In this document: one piece after another, positions 1 to 8,597 of the stretch
Layout: the number at the start of each line of letters is the position of its first letter
Numbering within the stretch: the stretch's first letter is position 1
Source of the DNA: Minisyncoccota bacterium
GTDB lineage: Bacteria; Patescibacteriota; Minisyncoccia; Phycocordibacterales; UBA9973
DNA length: 40,097 nt
Direction: 5' to 3'
Assembly (NCBI GenBank): GCA_041661005.1
Contig: JBAZVG010000001.1
Span: forward strand, 72,019-112,115
The notes under the pieces: generated by a model
Told to the model about the DNA's origin: nothing
The model's database searches: none
The model's input: only the letters and a program-made list of their open reading frames with translations
Translations under genes and position numbers: made by a program

Positions 1-137
1 GCGATGCAGGCGTTCCGTTGCGAGTCGACACGGGCCTTGTTGAAGTTGGGAATAGCGATGGCGGCGAGGAGGCCGACGGCGACGACGACGATCATGATTT
101 CCACCAGGGTGAAGCCCGAATTTCTGTTAGTTCTCAT
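1..137 (-). CDS. type IV prepilin-like protein, N-terminal part (runs off the window edge)
   Basis: Manual translation of the minus strand from ATG at 137: MRTNRNSG-FTLVEIMIVVVAVGLLAAIAIPNFNKARVDSQRNACI. It has the class III signal G|FTLVE plus a hydrophobic helix. Not in the ORF track. Confidence 0.9.
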   Translation of the reverse strand, partial: MRTNRNSGFTLVEIMIVVVAVGLLAAIAIPNFNKARVDSQRNACI

Positions 138-321
138 AGTTTTCGTTTTTTTCTTCTCTGTTATCCCTTGACGACCACACACCTCTCCATTCGATGGAAA
201 GTTTATGTTTATATGCGGTTTTCAAGTTACACAGAAGCTCTCCTTTAGAATAGCACAAATGCATGAGAAAGTCAATAGGTTTAACCTGTATTTTTTGGGT
301 TTTATATATTAAAATAGAGGC

Positions 322-1689
322 ATGAGTGAGTTTTTTGAAGCTATCGAGAACGGGATAAAAGAATATTGGCGTTCGATTTTGGTTGTGGCCGTCGTTATTT
401 TTCTCTGGAAATTTAATTTACTGCACGGCTTGATCGGAGATATTTTATTACCCTTGGCGGGTGTCGCGTTGTTGGGTCGCGTTGCTTGGATTATTTGGAT
501 TCACTATATCCAGCAGGATTTTATTTCTGGCATTGATTTTGTTCTACTCGAAATCATACCTCCGCGGGACGTTCTGCGAAGTCCCAAAGCAATGGAGCTT
601 TTTATCACCAATGCTCTTTACCACATGAGCAACAAGGGCGGAAGAGAAGAATATTGGCAAGGAGCGGTTTGGTTTTGGTTTTCTTTGGAAATAGCTTCGA
701 TTGATGGACAAGTGCATTTTTACATCCGCACTCCGACGCGCGTGCGGGGTTTGATTGAGACGCAAATGTATGCCCAATATCCCCAGGCGCAGATCAGAGC
801 CGTAGAGGATTATACTTTGGCCGTTGATGAAATAACAAAAGATAGCGCTTGGAATGGTTGGGGATGTGAATTTGAATTGGACAAACCCGAGGCATTTCCT
901 CTAAAGACTTACATTGATTTTGGACTGGATAAAGATCCAAAGGAAGAATTTAAAGTTGATCCGATTTCTCCAGTAGTGGAGCTTTTTGGTTCGCTCAAAA
1001 AAGGAGAACAAATGTGGTCGCAGATCGTTATCACGCCTTCAAAAAAAAGATACCATACGCACGGCACATGGTTTGGACATCATGATTGGTTAGAAGAGTC
1101 ATTAGTGCAATTGAAAAAATTACTTAAGCCCTATACGAACTTGAGGGAAAACCCAAATGGCACACTTTCAGAGGAAGTCCGTGCTCCGAAATTTTTTGAT
1201 AATGTAATAACCGCCGTAAACGCTAAAACAGGCAAAGTTGGTTTTGATGTCGGCATTCGAGTATATTACGTAGCTAAAAAAGAAGCGTGGAATATAAACA
1301 ACAGAAGAAATCTTCGTCTTATTTGGCGTCAATATGCGAAGCCCGACTGCAATCAGCTCAATCGCCATAACTCAACTCAGGGAGATGCTTACAGTGGCAT
1401 ATTTTCCGCTTCTCCACAGACGGTCATGCGCTTGGCCAACCGGATGCTTACTGAATTCAGGGAACGTTCCTTTTTCCATGAATCTCTTCGACAGAAAATT
1501 TTATCCAAACATAACATTCCTTGGCCCTTTGACGGCATTTTCAAGGCGTATTTTCATCCATCTACATTTGTCTTGAATGTGGAAGAAATCGCGACCATGT
1601 GGCACTTCCCAGGACAGATATTAAAAGTTCCTACGCTTGAACGTATTGAATCCAAAGAAGCTTCTCCGCCCACCAACTTGCCGACTTAA
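322..1689 (+). CDS. conserved hypothetical membrane protein resembling the N-terminal domain found on CPR type IV coupling-protein-like ATPases
   Basis: 455 aa with two N-terminal TM segments and motifs LEIIPPRDVLRSPKAME, SLEIASIDGQVHFYIR, IETQMYAQYP and LNVEEIATMWHFP. No Walker A motif. Family assignment is from memory. Confidence 0.5.
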   Translation: MSEFFEAIENGIKEYWRSILVVAVVIFLWKFNLLHGLIGDILLPLAGVALLGRVAWIIWIHYIQQDFISGIDFVLLEIIPPRDVLRSPKAMELFITNALYHMSNKGGREEYWQGAVWFWFSLEIASIDGQVHFYIRTPTRVRGLIETQMYAQYPQAQIRAVEDYTLAVDEITKDSAWNGWGCEFELDKPEAFPLKTYIDFGLDKDPKEEFKVDPISPVVELFGSLKKGEQMWSQIVITPSKKRYHTHGTWFGHHDWLEESLVQLKKLLKPYTNLRENPNGTLSEEVRAPKFFDNVITAVNAKTGKVGFDVGIRVYYVAKKEAWNINNRRNLRLIWRQYAKPDCNQLNRHNSTQGDAYSGIFSASPQTVMRLANRMLTEFRERSFFHESLRQKILSKHNIPWPFDGIFKAYFHPSTFVLNVEEIATMWHFPGQILKVPTLERIESKEASPPTNLPT

Positions 1690-1694
1690 GTTTT

Positions 1695-2600
1695 ATGATG
1701 GATTATTTTTCAGCCAACAAGGTTTTCTTTTATGTGTTAGGCGCAACTACGCTCCTGGCAGTTTTTTATTATTTTCTTTTTAGCGCGCCCGCAAATTTTC
1801 CCGTCGGAGTTATCATAAAAATAGATCAAGGGGAAAGCCTGCGCAGTGTTTCTTTTCAGTTCAAAAAAGATAATATTATAAGGTCCAGAATTGCTTTTGA
1901 AGCATTTGTGATTCTTTTTGGCGGAGAGAAACACATAATACCGGCTGATTATTTTTTTGAGGGCAGATTGCCGGTTTTTGAAATTGCTGGACGCATATCA
2001 AGAGGCGAGAGGCACTTGGCGCCGGTGAAGGTCACTATTCCTGAAGGGTTGAATGTCTCCGAGATGGCGCAAATTTTTACGACCAAGTTGTCGAACTTTG
2101 ATTCGGAAAAATTCCTGCAGTCAGCAAAAGATTTAGAGGGCTATCTTTTTCCCGATACTTATTTTTTCTTTACCACAGCCAATGAACAGGATGTATTAAA
2201 ATCCATGAGTGAAAATTTTAATAAAAAAATCGAGCTTGTCCGACCTGATATCATTTCCTTAAGCAAGACTAAAGGAAGAACCGAGCGGGAGATTATCATT
2301 ATGGCTTCTCTCGTCGAGGGAGAAGCTAAAGGAGAATTTGATCGAGGATTTATTTCCGGAATTTTATGGAAAAGACTTTCTATGGATATGCCACTTCAAG
2401 TGGATGTGGCTATGGAGACATACAAGAAAAAAGGTCTGCCTGCAAACCCGGTCGTTAGTCCAGGTCTCAAGGCTATAAAAGCCGCTATATATCCCCAGAA
2501 TTCTCCTTATCTTTATTATATTCACGACACAGATGGCAACATTCACTATGCAAAATCATTCGTCGAGCATAGGAGGAACATAGAAAGATACTTGCGATAA
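1695..2600 (+). CDS. mltG: endolytic transglycosylase MltG (YceG family)
   Basis: N-terminal TM, VTIPEG, LEGYLFPDTY, IMASLVEGEA (catalytic Glu), PLQVD, GLPANPVVSPG, YLYY. Confidence 0.92.
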   Translation: MMDYFSANKVFFYVLGATTLLAVFYYFLFSAPANFPVGVIIKIDQGESLRSVSFQFKKDNIIRSRIAFEAFVILFGGEKHIIPADYFFEGRLPVFEIAGRISRGERHLAPVKVTIPEGLNVSEMAQIFTTKLSNFDSEKFLQSAKDLEGYLFPDTYFFFTTANEQDVLKSMSENFNKKIELVRPDIISLSKTKGRTEREIIIMASLVEGEAKGEFDRGFISGILWKRLSMDMPLQVDVAMETYKKKGLPANPVVSPGLKAIKAAIYPQNSPYLYYIHDTDGNIHYAKSFVEHRRNIERYLR

Positions 2601-2609
2601 TTTATTTTT

Positions 2610-3845
2610 ATGGGAAAGAAAAAAGTTTTTGTCGGACTCTCGGGAGGAGTGGATTCTGCTGTCAGCGCGGCGTTGCTTCAAAAATTTGGCTACGAGGTCA
2701 TAGGAGTTTTTATCAAGACTTGGCATCCAGATTTCTTAGAGTGCAATGAAGAGGAAGAACGGCTTGATGCCATGCGTGTGGCAGCCCATCTTGATATTCC
2801 ATTTCTGACTTTTGATTTTGAAGATGTCTATAAAAAGGAAGTTGCGGATTACATGATTTCCGAATACAAAAAGGGGAGAACTCCTAACCCCGATGTGATG
2901 TGTAACAAGCACGTTAAATTTGGCGCATTTCTCAAAAAAGCCATTGCGATGGGGGCGGATTATGTGGCGACGGGTCACTACGCAATGGCAAACAGTGGGT
3001 TTTCCTTTTTTGGGTCGCTGTCTCCGCGTGCTCGCGGAGCGCTGCCTCTCGGCTCGTCAGCCTGCGAGACACCCAAAAAAGGAAAACCCACTGTTTGCTT
3101 GTTTAAAGGAGTAGATCCGTCAAAAGATCAAAGTTATTTTTTGTGGACATTGAAACAAGAACAATTGAAGAGAATTTTATTTCCCGTTGGGCATTTAAAA
3201 AAGACGGAAGTTCGCAAACTTGCCAAGAAATTCAATCTGCCGGTTGCAGAAAAGCATGATAGCCAAGGCATCTGCTTTCTGGGTGATATAGATTTAAAAG
3301 AATTTTTGAAACATTATATAAAAGAAAAAAAAGGCGACGTAATCGTCGTCCCGAGCGAAAGCGAGGGGCGAGATAAAGATGATGTAATTGGTCATCATAA
3401 TGGTGTTGTCTTTCATACACTCGGAGAACGACATGGTTTTACAATTACCAAAAAAAGTCCAACTGATGGACCATATTATATTGTCGGGAAAGATGTGAAG
3501 AAAAATATTTTAATGGTGTCTCAAAATCCTCTCCCCAACCCCTCTCCATTAATTATTAATGGAGAGGGGCGAAGGGGTGAGGTAATTAAAATAATTAACA
3601 CAAATTGGATAGATAAAATTCCAGAAGAAAATAAAAGTCCTGCCCGCAATGCTTTCAGCATAGCTGATGCAGGCGGGTATACCGCCCAAATCCGTTATCA
3701 CGGAGAATTTTTACCATGCCAAATTAAAATAACTGGAAAATCAAAAGCTGAGATAATTTTCAAAAAACCAGTTTTAGTTGCCTCCGGTCAGTCTGTGGTT
3801 ATCTATGATAAAGATATTTGTCTTGGGGGAGGAGTTGTTGTATAA
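2610..3845 (+). CDS. mnmA: tRNA 2-thiouridine(34) synthase MnmA, carrying several short in-frame palindromic insertions
   Basis: SGGVDS PP-loop, TPNPDVMCN, VATGHYA, KDQSYFL, DSQGICF, ASGQSVV. Confidence 0.97.
   Translation: MGKKKVFVGLSGGVDSAVSAALLQKFGYEVIGVFIKTWHPDFLECNEEEERLDAMRVAAHLDIPFLTFDFEDVYKKEVADYMISEYKKGRTPNPDVMCNKHVKFGAFLKKAIAMGADYVATGHYAMANSGFSFFGSLSPRARGALPLGSSACETPKKGKPTVCLFKGVDPSKDQSYFLWTLKQEQLKRILFPVGHLKKTEVRKLAKKFNLPVAEKHDSQGICFLGDIDLKEFLKHYIKEKKGDVIVVPSESEGRDKDDVIGHHNGVVFHTLGERHGFTITKKSPTDGPYYIVGKDVKKNILMVSQNPLPNPSPLIINGEGRRGEVIKIINTNWIDKIPEENKSPARNAFSIADAGGYTAQIRYHGEFLPCQIKITGKSKAEIIFKKPVLVASGQSVVIYDKDICLGGGVVV
2988..3098. repeat. 111-bp intragenic palindromic element (27-bp perfect arms around a 57-bp core) in mnmA
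   Basis: Arms 2988-3014 and 3072-3098 are exact reverse complements. The core is 52/57 identical to the copy in tgt. Confidence 0.95.
3539..3569. repeat. 15-bp-arm palindrome (CCCCTCTCC...GGAGAGGGG type) inside mnmA
   Basis: cccctctccattaat-t-attaatggagagggg, encoding part of NPLPNPSPLIINGEGRRGE. Confidence 0.85.
3639..3677. repeat. 39-bp CCTGCC...GGCGGG intragenic element in mnmA
   Basis: cctgcccgcaatgctttcagcatagctgatgcaggcggg encodes PARNAFSIADAGG. Same length, termini and frame as 10560-10598. Confidence 0.75.
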
Positions 3846-3852
3846 TCGGGCT

Positions 3853-4323
3853 ATGACTCATTTTTTTACACAAAATAGTGAAATGATTATAAGGCTATTG
3901 GTAGCAGTTGGGCTCGGAATATTGATAGGTATTGAAAGAGTTTTAGTGCACAAGGAAGCTGGGATGAAAACGCATGCCCTTGTTTCACTGGGCGCGGCGG
4001 TGTTTGTAATTGTTTCTGAAATGATATCTATTAAATATGGAGGCATTACAGGTTTTGATCCTTCTAGAATAGCTTCACAGATAATTGTCGGTATTGGATT
4101 TTTGGGCGCTGGGTCAATAATTTTACAAGGTAATAGACTTCTAGGCCTCACGACCGCTGGTGGGCTTTGGGTAACAGCTGGCATTGGTATGGCGGCCGGG
4201 TTTGGATTTTATAGCTTAGCGGTGGTCACTACAATTCTTGTGCTTCTAGTGCTTGTCGTAGTGAATAAATTTGAGGAGCCGATTAAAAGAATTTCTGGGG
4301 ATATTGATCAGCCGACAAATTAA
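3853..4323 (+). CDS. MgtC/SapB family membrane protein
   Basis: IGIER, AGMKTHALV, DPSRIASQIIVGIGFLGAG, GLTTAGGLW. Start placed at ATG 3853, 6 nt after TATAAT; the ORF track starts at 3778 inside mnmA. Confidence 0.92.
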   Translation: MTHFFTQNSEMIIRLLVAVGLGILIGIERVLVHKEAGMKTHALVSLGAAVFVIVSEMISIKYGGITGFDPSRIASQIIVGIGFLGAGSIILQGNRLLGLTTAGGLWVTAGIGMAAGFGFYSLAVVTTILVLLVLVVVNKFEEPIKRISGDIDQPTN

Positions 4324-4332
4324 TTCATCCAA

Positions 4333-5979
4333 ATGGACTCAAATGAAATCAGGTCAAGATTTTTAGAATTTTTTAAAAAAAGAGGACATAAAATAATTCC
4401 TTCATCTTCACTCGTTCCGGAAAATGACTCTTCGGTTCTCTTTACGACGGCAGGGATGCAACAATTTAAAAATTACTACACTCATCCCGAAAGCGCGGAT
4501 AAAGATTTTGGCAACAGGAATATTGTTACCGTGCAAAAATGTGTTCGCACTGGCGATATAGATGAAGTCGGCGATGCCACGCATCTGACTTTTTTTGAAA
4601 TGCTTGGCAATTTTTCTTTTGGCGGATATTGGAAAAAAGAGGCTATAGAATATGCCTATGATTTCATCACTAAAGAACTTAATTTAACTATTGATTATGT
4701 TTCAGTATTTGAAGGGGATACAGAAACTCCTGCAGATAATGAATCTCGAGAGATTTGGAAAAATATCGATTCAAAATTAAAAATAAAAAATCACAATCGA
4801 GCGGATAATTTTTGGGGACCAACTGGAGACGAAGGTCCATGTGGTCCGACGACTGAGATATATATAAATGGGGTAGAAATTTGGAATATAGTTTTTAATG
4901 AATTTTATAAGACGAAAGAAGGAAAATATGAACCGTTAAAAGTTCGGGGTATTGATACTGGGATGGGTTTAGAAAGACTTTCGGTGCAAGTTCAAAAAAA
5001 GAAAAATGTTTTTGAGACTGATCTCTTTAATGACGAACAGACCCGAGAAGAACGCATTGTTGCTGATCATGTCAAAGCTTCTCTCTTCATGATTTCAGAT
5101 GGTGTGGTGCCTTTCAATACTGGGCGTGGATATATCGTGAGAAGATTAATAAGGCGTGCAGTTAGATTTTCCAAGCAACCGTTGGCTCAAGAAGTTGAAA
5201 AAGTAAGAAAAATATATCAGGGAGTATATTATCTTGACGATAAGGGTCAAATTCTAAAAGAAGAAAATAAATTTAGGGAGACACTTGAAAAGGGGTTAAA
5301 AGAAATTGAAAGGATGCCTAATTTAACAGGAGAAAAAGCTTTTTCAATTTATGAAACGTATGGTTTTCCTCTAGAACTTTTAGAAGAAGCAAGAGAAGTA
5401 AGTAATAGAGATGATTTTTTTAAAAAAATGAAAGAACATCAAGAAAAATCTCGTACCGCTTCCGCTGGGATGTTCAAGGGGGGTCTAGCGAATCATAATG
5501 AAAAAACTATCAAACTTCACACGGCGCATCATTTGCTTTTAGCTGGACTCCAAGCAGTGGTGGATAAAAATATAAAACAACGGGGAAGCAACATCACCGA
5601 AGAGCGTTTACGTTTAGATTTTCTCTGCGACCACAAATTGACCGATGAAGAAAAAAAGAGGGTAGAAGACTGGGTAAACGAAAAAATAAAACAAAATTTG
5701 GGTGTTGTGCGTAAAGAGATGCCACTTAATGAAGCAGAAAAACTTGGAGCAGAAATGGAATTCGGGGCAAAATATCCAGATGTAGTATCTGTTTATTTTA
5801 TTGAAGACAAAAATGGTAATCCTATTTCTAAAGAATTTTGTGGCGGTCCGCATGTCGCGAACACTAGTGAACTCGCTAGTGTTCGCGACCCTGAAGGTAA
5901 TCCGAAGGGTAATTTTAAGATTTTAAAGGAAGAAGCAGTGGCTAAAGGCATTCGGCGTATCAAAGCTGTGCTTGTGTAG
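4333..5979 (+). CDS. alaS: alanine--tRNA ligase, short form (no C-Ala domain)
   Basis: FTTAGM, QKCVRTGDIDEVG, TFFEMLGNFSFG, DTGMGLER, editing motifs HTAHH and CGGPH; 548 aa. Confidence 0.96.
   Translation: MDSNEIRSRFLEFFKKRGHKIIPSSSLVPENDSSVLFTTAGMQQFKNYYTHPESADKDFGNRNIVTVQKCVRTGDIDEVGDATHLTFFEMLGNFSFGGYWKKEAIEYAYDFITKELNLTIDYVSVFEGDTETPADNESREIWKNIDSKLKIKNHNRADNFWGPTGDEGPCGPTTEIYINGVEIWNIVFNEFYKTKEGKYEPLKVRGIDTGMGLERLSVQVQKKKNVFETDLFNDEQTREERIVADHVKASLFMISDGVVPFNTGRGYIVRRLIRRAVRFSKQPLAQEVEKVRKIYQGVYYLDDKGQILKEENKFRETLEKGLKEIERMPNLTGEKAFSIYETYGFPLELLEEAREVSNRDDFFKKMKEHQEKSRTASAGMFKGGLANHNEKTIKLHTAHHLLLAGLQAVVDKNIKQRGSNITEERLRLDFLCDHKLTDEEKKRVEDWVNEKIKQNLGVVRKEMPLNEAEKLGAEMEFGAKYPDVVSVYFIEDKNGNPISKEFCGGPHVANTSELASVRDPEGNPKGNFKILKEEAVAKGIRRIKAVLV
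5854..5889. repeat. 14-bp-arm perfect inverted repeat inside alaS
   Basis: gtcgcgaacactag (5854-5867) and ctagtgttcgcgac (5876-5889) with an 8-nt loop. Confidence 0.9.
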
Positions 5980-6005
5980 TCTTTTTTTGTGATACAATTA
6001 GTTTA

Positions 6006-7226
6006 ATGGGAATTTTTTCGAGAAATAAAAAAGAAAAAGACAGACTGTTTTTGGTTTTTGATATCGGATCTTCTTCGGTGGGTGGGGCGCTTTTTGGAGC
6101 GCGAGGATCTGGGATTCCAAAAATAATTTTTTCTACGCGCGAACCTATAATTCTACAAAAAAGTCTTGATATCGATCAGTTTTTGTCTTCTACTGTAAAG
6201 TCTTTAGAGATTGTCGTTGGAAAAATATATAAAGCGGGTATGGAAAAACCTGAGGAAATCTTTTGTGTTCTTTCATCGCCTTGGTATGTCTCTCAGACTA
6301 GGGTTATCAAGTTTGAAAAAAATACTCCATTTATATTTACCTCCAAATTAGCTCTTGGTTTAATCCAAAAAGAAATAACCCTTTTTGAAGAAGAATACTT
6401 AGCTAAGTATTCGGATATTAAAAGTCCGGTTCGTTCCATTGAATTTAAAAATATCAAAACAATGCTGAATGGTTATGAAACATCAAATCCCTTGAATCAA
6501 AAAACATCGGAACTCGAAATGGCTGTTTTTATTTCAATCAGCGGAGAGCAAATCTTGAAGAGAATCGAAGAGACCATAAGGGGGCATTTTCATTTTGAAA
6601 AGATAAGATTTTCTTCTTTTGCTATGGCATCTTTTGCTGTGGTGCGCGACATATTTGCAGAGAGCGAAAACTTTCTTCTGATTGATGTCGGTGGAGAGGT
6701 GACAGACATTTCCATGGTCAAGAAGAATACATTGCGCGAGTCGGTTTCTTTTCCTTTAGGCTGTAATTTTATTATACGTGAAGTTGCATCTGCCCTCCAC
6801 CTCTCGTTCGGTGAAACGAGGTCGATTCTTTCTCTTTTTAGAGACGGACATGCCACGGATTCTATGGTAAAAAAGATCGATCTTGTCATGAATGAATTGA
6901 GAACACAGTGGCTAAAAAAGTTTCAAGAATCTTTAGTAAATCTTTCCAATGATATTTCTATTCCCTCGACTGTCTATCTAGCTGTCGACAAAGGAATGGC
7001 TAGTTTTTTCTCGGATACAATCAAAAATGAACAATTTAATCAATATACTTTGACTGAGTCGAAATTTAAAATTATCTTTTTGGGTGCGGAAGTATTCAAT
7101 GGTTTGATTCAATTCAAGGAAAATCTCGCCCGTGACACTTTTTTATCCATTGATTCTATTTACATTAATCGGTTTTTAATTAATCAAACTTCATCTGATA
7201 TGGAGAATGGATTGGAAAAAATATAA
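6006..7226 (+). CDS. actin-like fold FtsA/PilM-related hypothetical protein
   Basis: FDIGSSSVG phosphate-1-like and IDVGGEVTD phosphate-2-like motifs. Confidence 0.65.
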   Translation: MGIFSRNKKEKDRLFLVFDIGSSSVGGALFGARGSGIPKIIFSTREPIILQKSLDIDQFLSSTVKSLEIVVGKIYKAGMEKPEEIFCVLSSPWYVSQTRVIKFEKNTPFIFTSKLALGLIQKEITLFEEEYLAKYSDIKSPVRSIEFKNIKTMLNGYETSNPLNQKTSELEMAVFISISGEQILKRIEETIRGHFHFEKIRFSSFAMASFAVVRDIFAESENFLLIDVGGEVTDISMVKKNTLRESVSFPLGCNFIIREVASALHLSFGETRSILSLFRDGHATDSMVKKIDLVMNELRTQWLKKFQESLVNLSNDISIPSTVYLAVDKGMASFFSDTIKNEQFNQYTLTESKFKIIFLGAEVFNGLIQFKENLARDTFLSIDSIYINRFLINQTSSDMENGLEKI

Positions 7227-7228
7227 TT

Positions 7229-8557
7229 ATGTCAAAAAATTTATTTCAAGATATGGTAAAAATAAAACGTATTAACCGAGAGAAACAGACGCTCGAAAAT
7301 GAAGAGCGTTCTGAGTTACTTTCGCGCGATGCGATTCCGTTGAGGCGGGCGGAAACTCCCGTCCAAAAAGATACTTATGACGTCCCTGACAGGCAAAACA
7401 ACAAGAGTCGACCTAGGTATATGCTTTGGGTAATAGCGGTTATTTCTCTGGTGTTCTTTCTTTCCAGTATTTCATTTTTATTTTTAAAGGCAGTAGTAAC
7501 CGTAAATCCAAAAATGAAAGATGTGGTTTTGAATCAAAATTTTTCCGCCAGTCTGAATGGGGGCGTGGAGGGACTGCCTTTTGATTTAATAGTCATCTCT
7601 GGGGAAGAAGAAAAAAAAGTGTTAACCACTGGGACGAAAGATGTTTCAGAAAAAGCTCGAGGTGTTGTTTTGATTTATAACAATTTCAGCTCTTCTTCTC
7701 AGCGACTTGATGTAGATACTCGGTTGGAAGGCTCAAATGGAAAAATTTATAAAACCGAAAGACAAGTAACCGTGCCGGGAATGAAAGGCGGAGTTCCCCA
7801 ATCTGTCGAAGTGGGTATCTATGCGGCAAATTCTGGAGTGGAATACAACAGCAATCCACTTGATTTCACGATTCTTGGATTTAAAGGGACGCCTAAATAT
7901 TCAAAATTTTATGCCAGATCCAAGGGTGAAATTACTGGCGGATTTAAAGGCAAGACAGTCGCCATTTCCGATGCAGAAAAGTCTTCTGTCATTAATGATT
8001 TAAAGACAGTTCTCCAGGCGAAACTTTTAAAAAAAGCGACAGACCAGATTCCAAGCGGATTTGTATTGTTTAAAGAAGCGATTTTTCTAAAAATTGATGA
8101 AAATAATGTCGGTGCGGTTTCTTCTGAAGACAAAATGCTACTCACGCAAATAGAATTGCCTATACAAATCAAAGGCACGCTGTATGGTTTTCTCTTTAAT
8201 GAAGAGAAATTGACAAAAGAAATCGCAAAACAAAACATAAACGGATATGATGGCAGTGATGTATATGTGTCAAACATTCGAGATTTGACTTTCTCCGGTT
8301 TCGATAAAGATAAAATTGCGTTTGAAAATGTAAGCAATATAAATTTTAACTTATCCGGTTCTGCCAAGATTGTTTGGAAATTAGATGAGAGCAAGCTTGT
8401 GACGGATCTCTTGGGTAAATCAAAAAAAGATTTTAATCAAGTATTGTTACAGTATCCAAATATTGATTCCGCTGAATTGACAATCAGCCCTTTCTGGAAA
8501 TCATCCCTACCTAATAAAGCAAAAAATATAAGAGTGATTGTGAATTACCCAAAGTAA
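7229..8557 (+). CDS. single-TM hypothetical protein, baseplate-J-like family common in CPR
   Basis: One TM near residues 65-90 followed by a beta-rich region (KARGVVLIYN, TRLEGSNGKIY, GVEYN). Tightly coupled to the upstream gene (2-bp gap). Confidence 0.5.
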   Translation: MSKNLFQDMVKIKRINREKQTLENEERSELLSRDAIPLRRAETPVQKDTYDVPDRQNNKSRPRYMLWVIAVISLVFFLSSISFLFLKAVVTVNPKMKDVVLNQNFSASLNGGVEGLPFDLIVISGEEEKKVLTTGTKDVSEKARGVVLIYNNFSSSSQRLDVDTRLEGSNGKIYKTERQVTVPGMKGGVPQSVEVGIYAANSGVEYNSNPLDFTILGFKGTPKYSKFYARSKGEITGGFKGKTVAISDAEKSSVINDLKTVLQAKLLKKATDQIPSGFVLFKEAIFLKIDENNVGAVSSEDKMLLTQIELPIQIKGTLYGFLFNEEKLTKEIAKQNINGYDGSDVYVSNIRDLTFSGFDKDKIAFENVSNINFNLSGSAKIVWKLDESKLVTDLLGKSKKDFNQVLLQYPNIDSAELTISPFWKSSLPNKAKNIRVIVNYPK

Positions 8558-8597
8558 AAGATTGTAGAAATTTGTCAATTATTGTATAATACGTTAT

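Noticed and set aside
18-248. 76-aa plus-strand ORF with a DDDD run
   Set aside because: It is the antisense shadow of the prepilin's Val codons; the minus-strand frame carries the GFTLVE motif.
2988-3098. Group I/II intron or intein in mnmA and tgt
   Set aside because: Too short, with no catalytic intron core or intein splice-junction motifs; the frame stays open through the insert.
7319-7363. GC-rich patch encoding SRDAIPLRRAETP, possible further micro-insert
   Set aside because: Pairing is short and imperfect and it lies in a poorly conserved N-terminal region, so it cannot be supported without orthologues.
7229-8557. Prophage or contractile-tail locus based on the baseplate-J-like similarity
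   Set aside because: No sheath, tube, capsid, terminase or integrase genes nearby; it is flanked by housekeeping genes and has a TM anchor.
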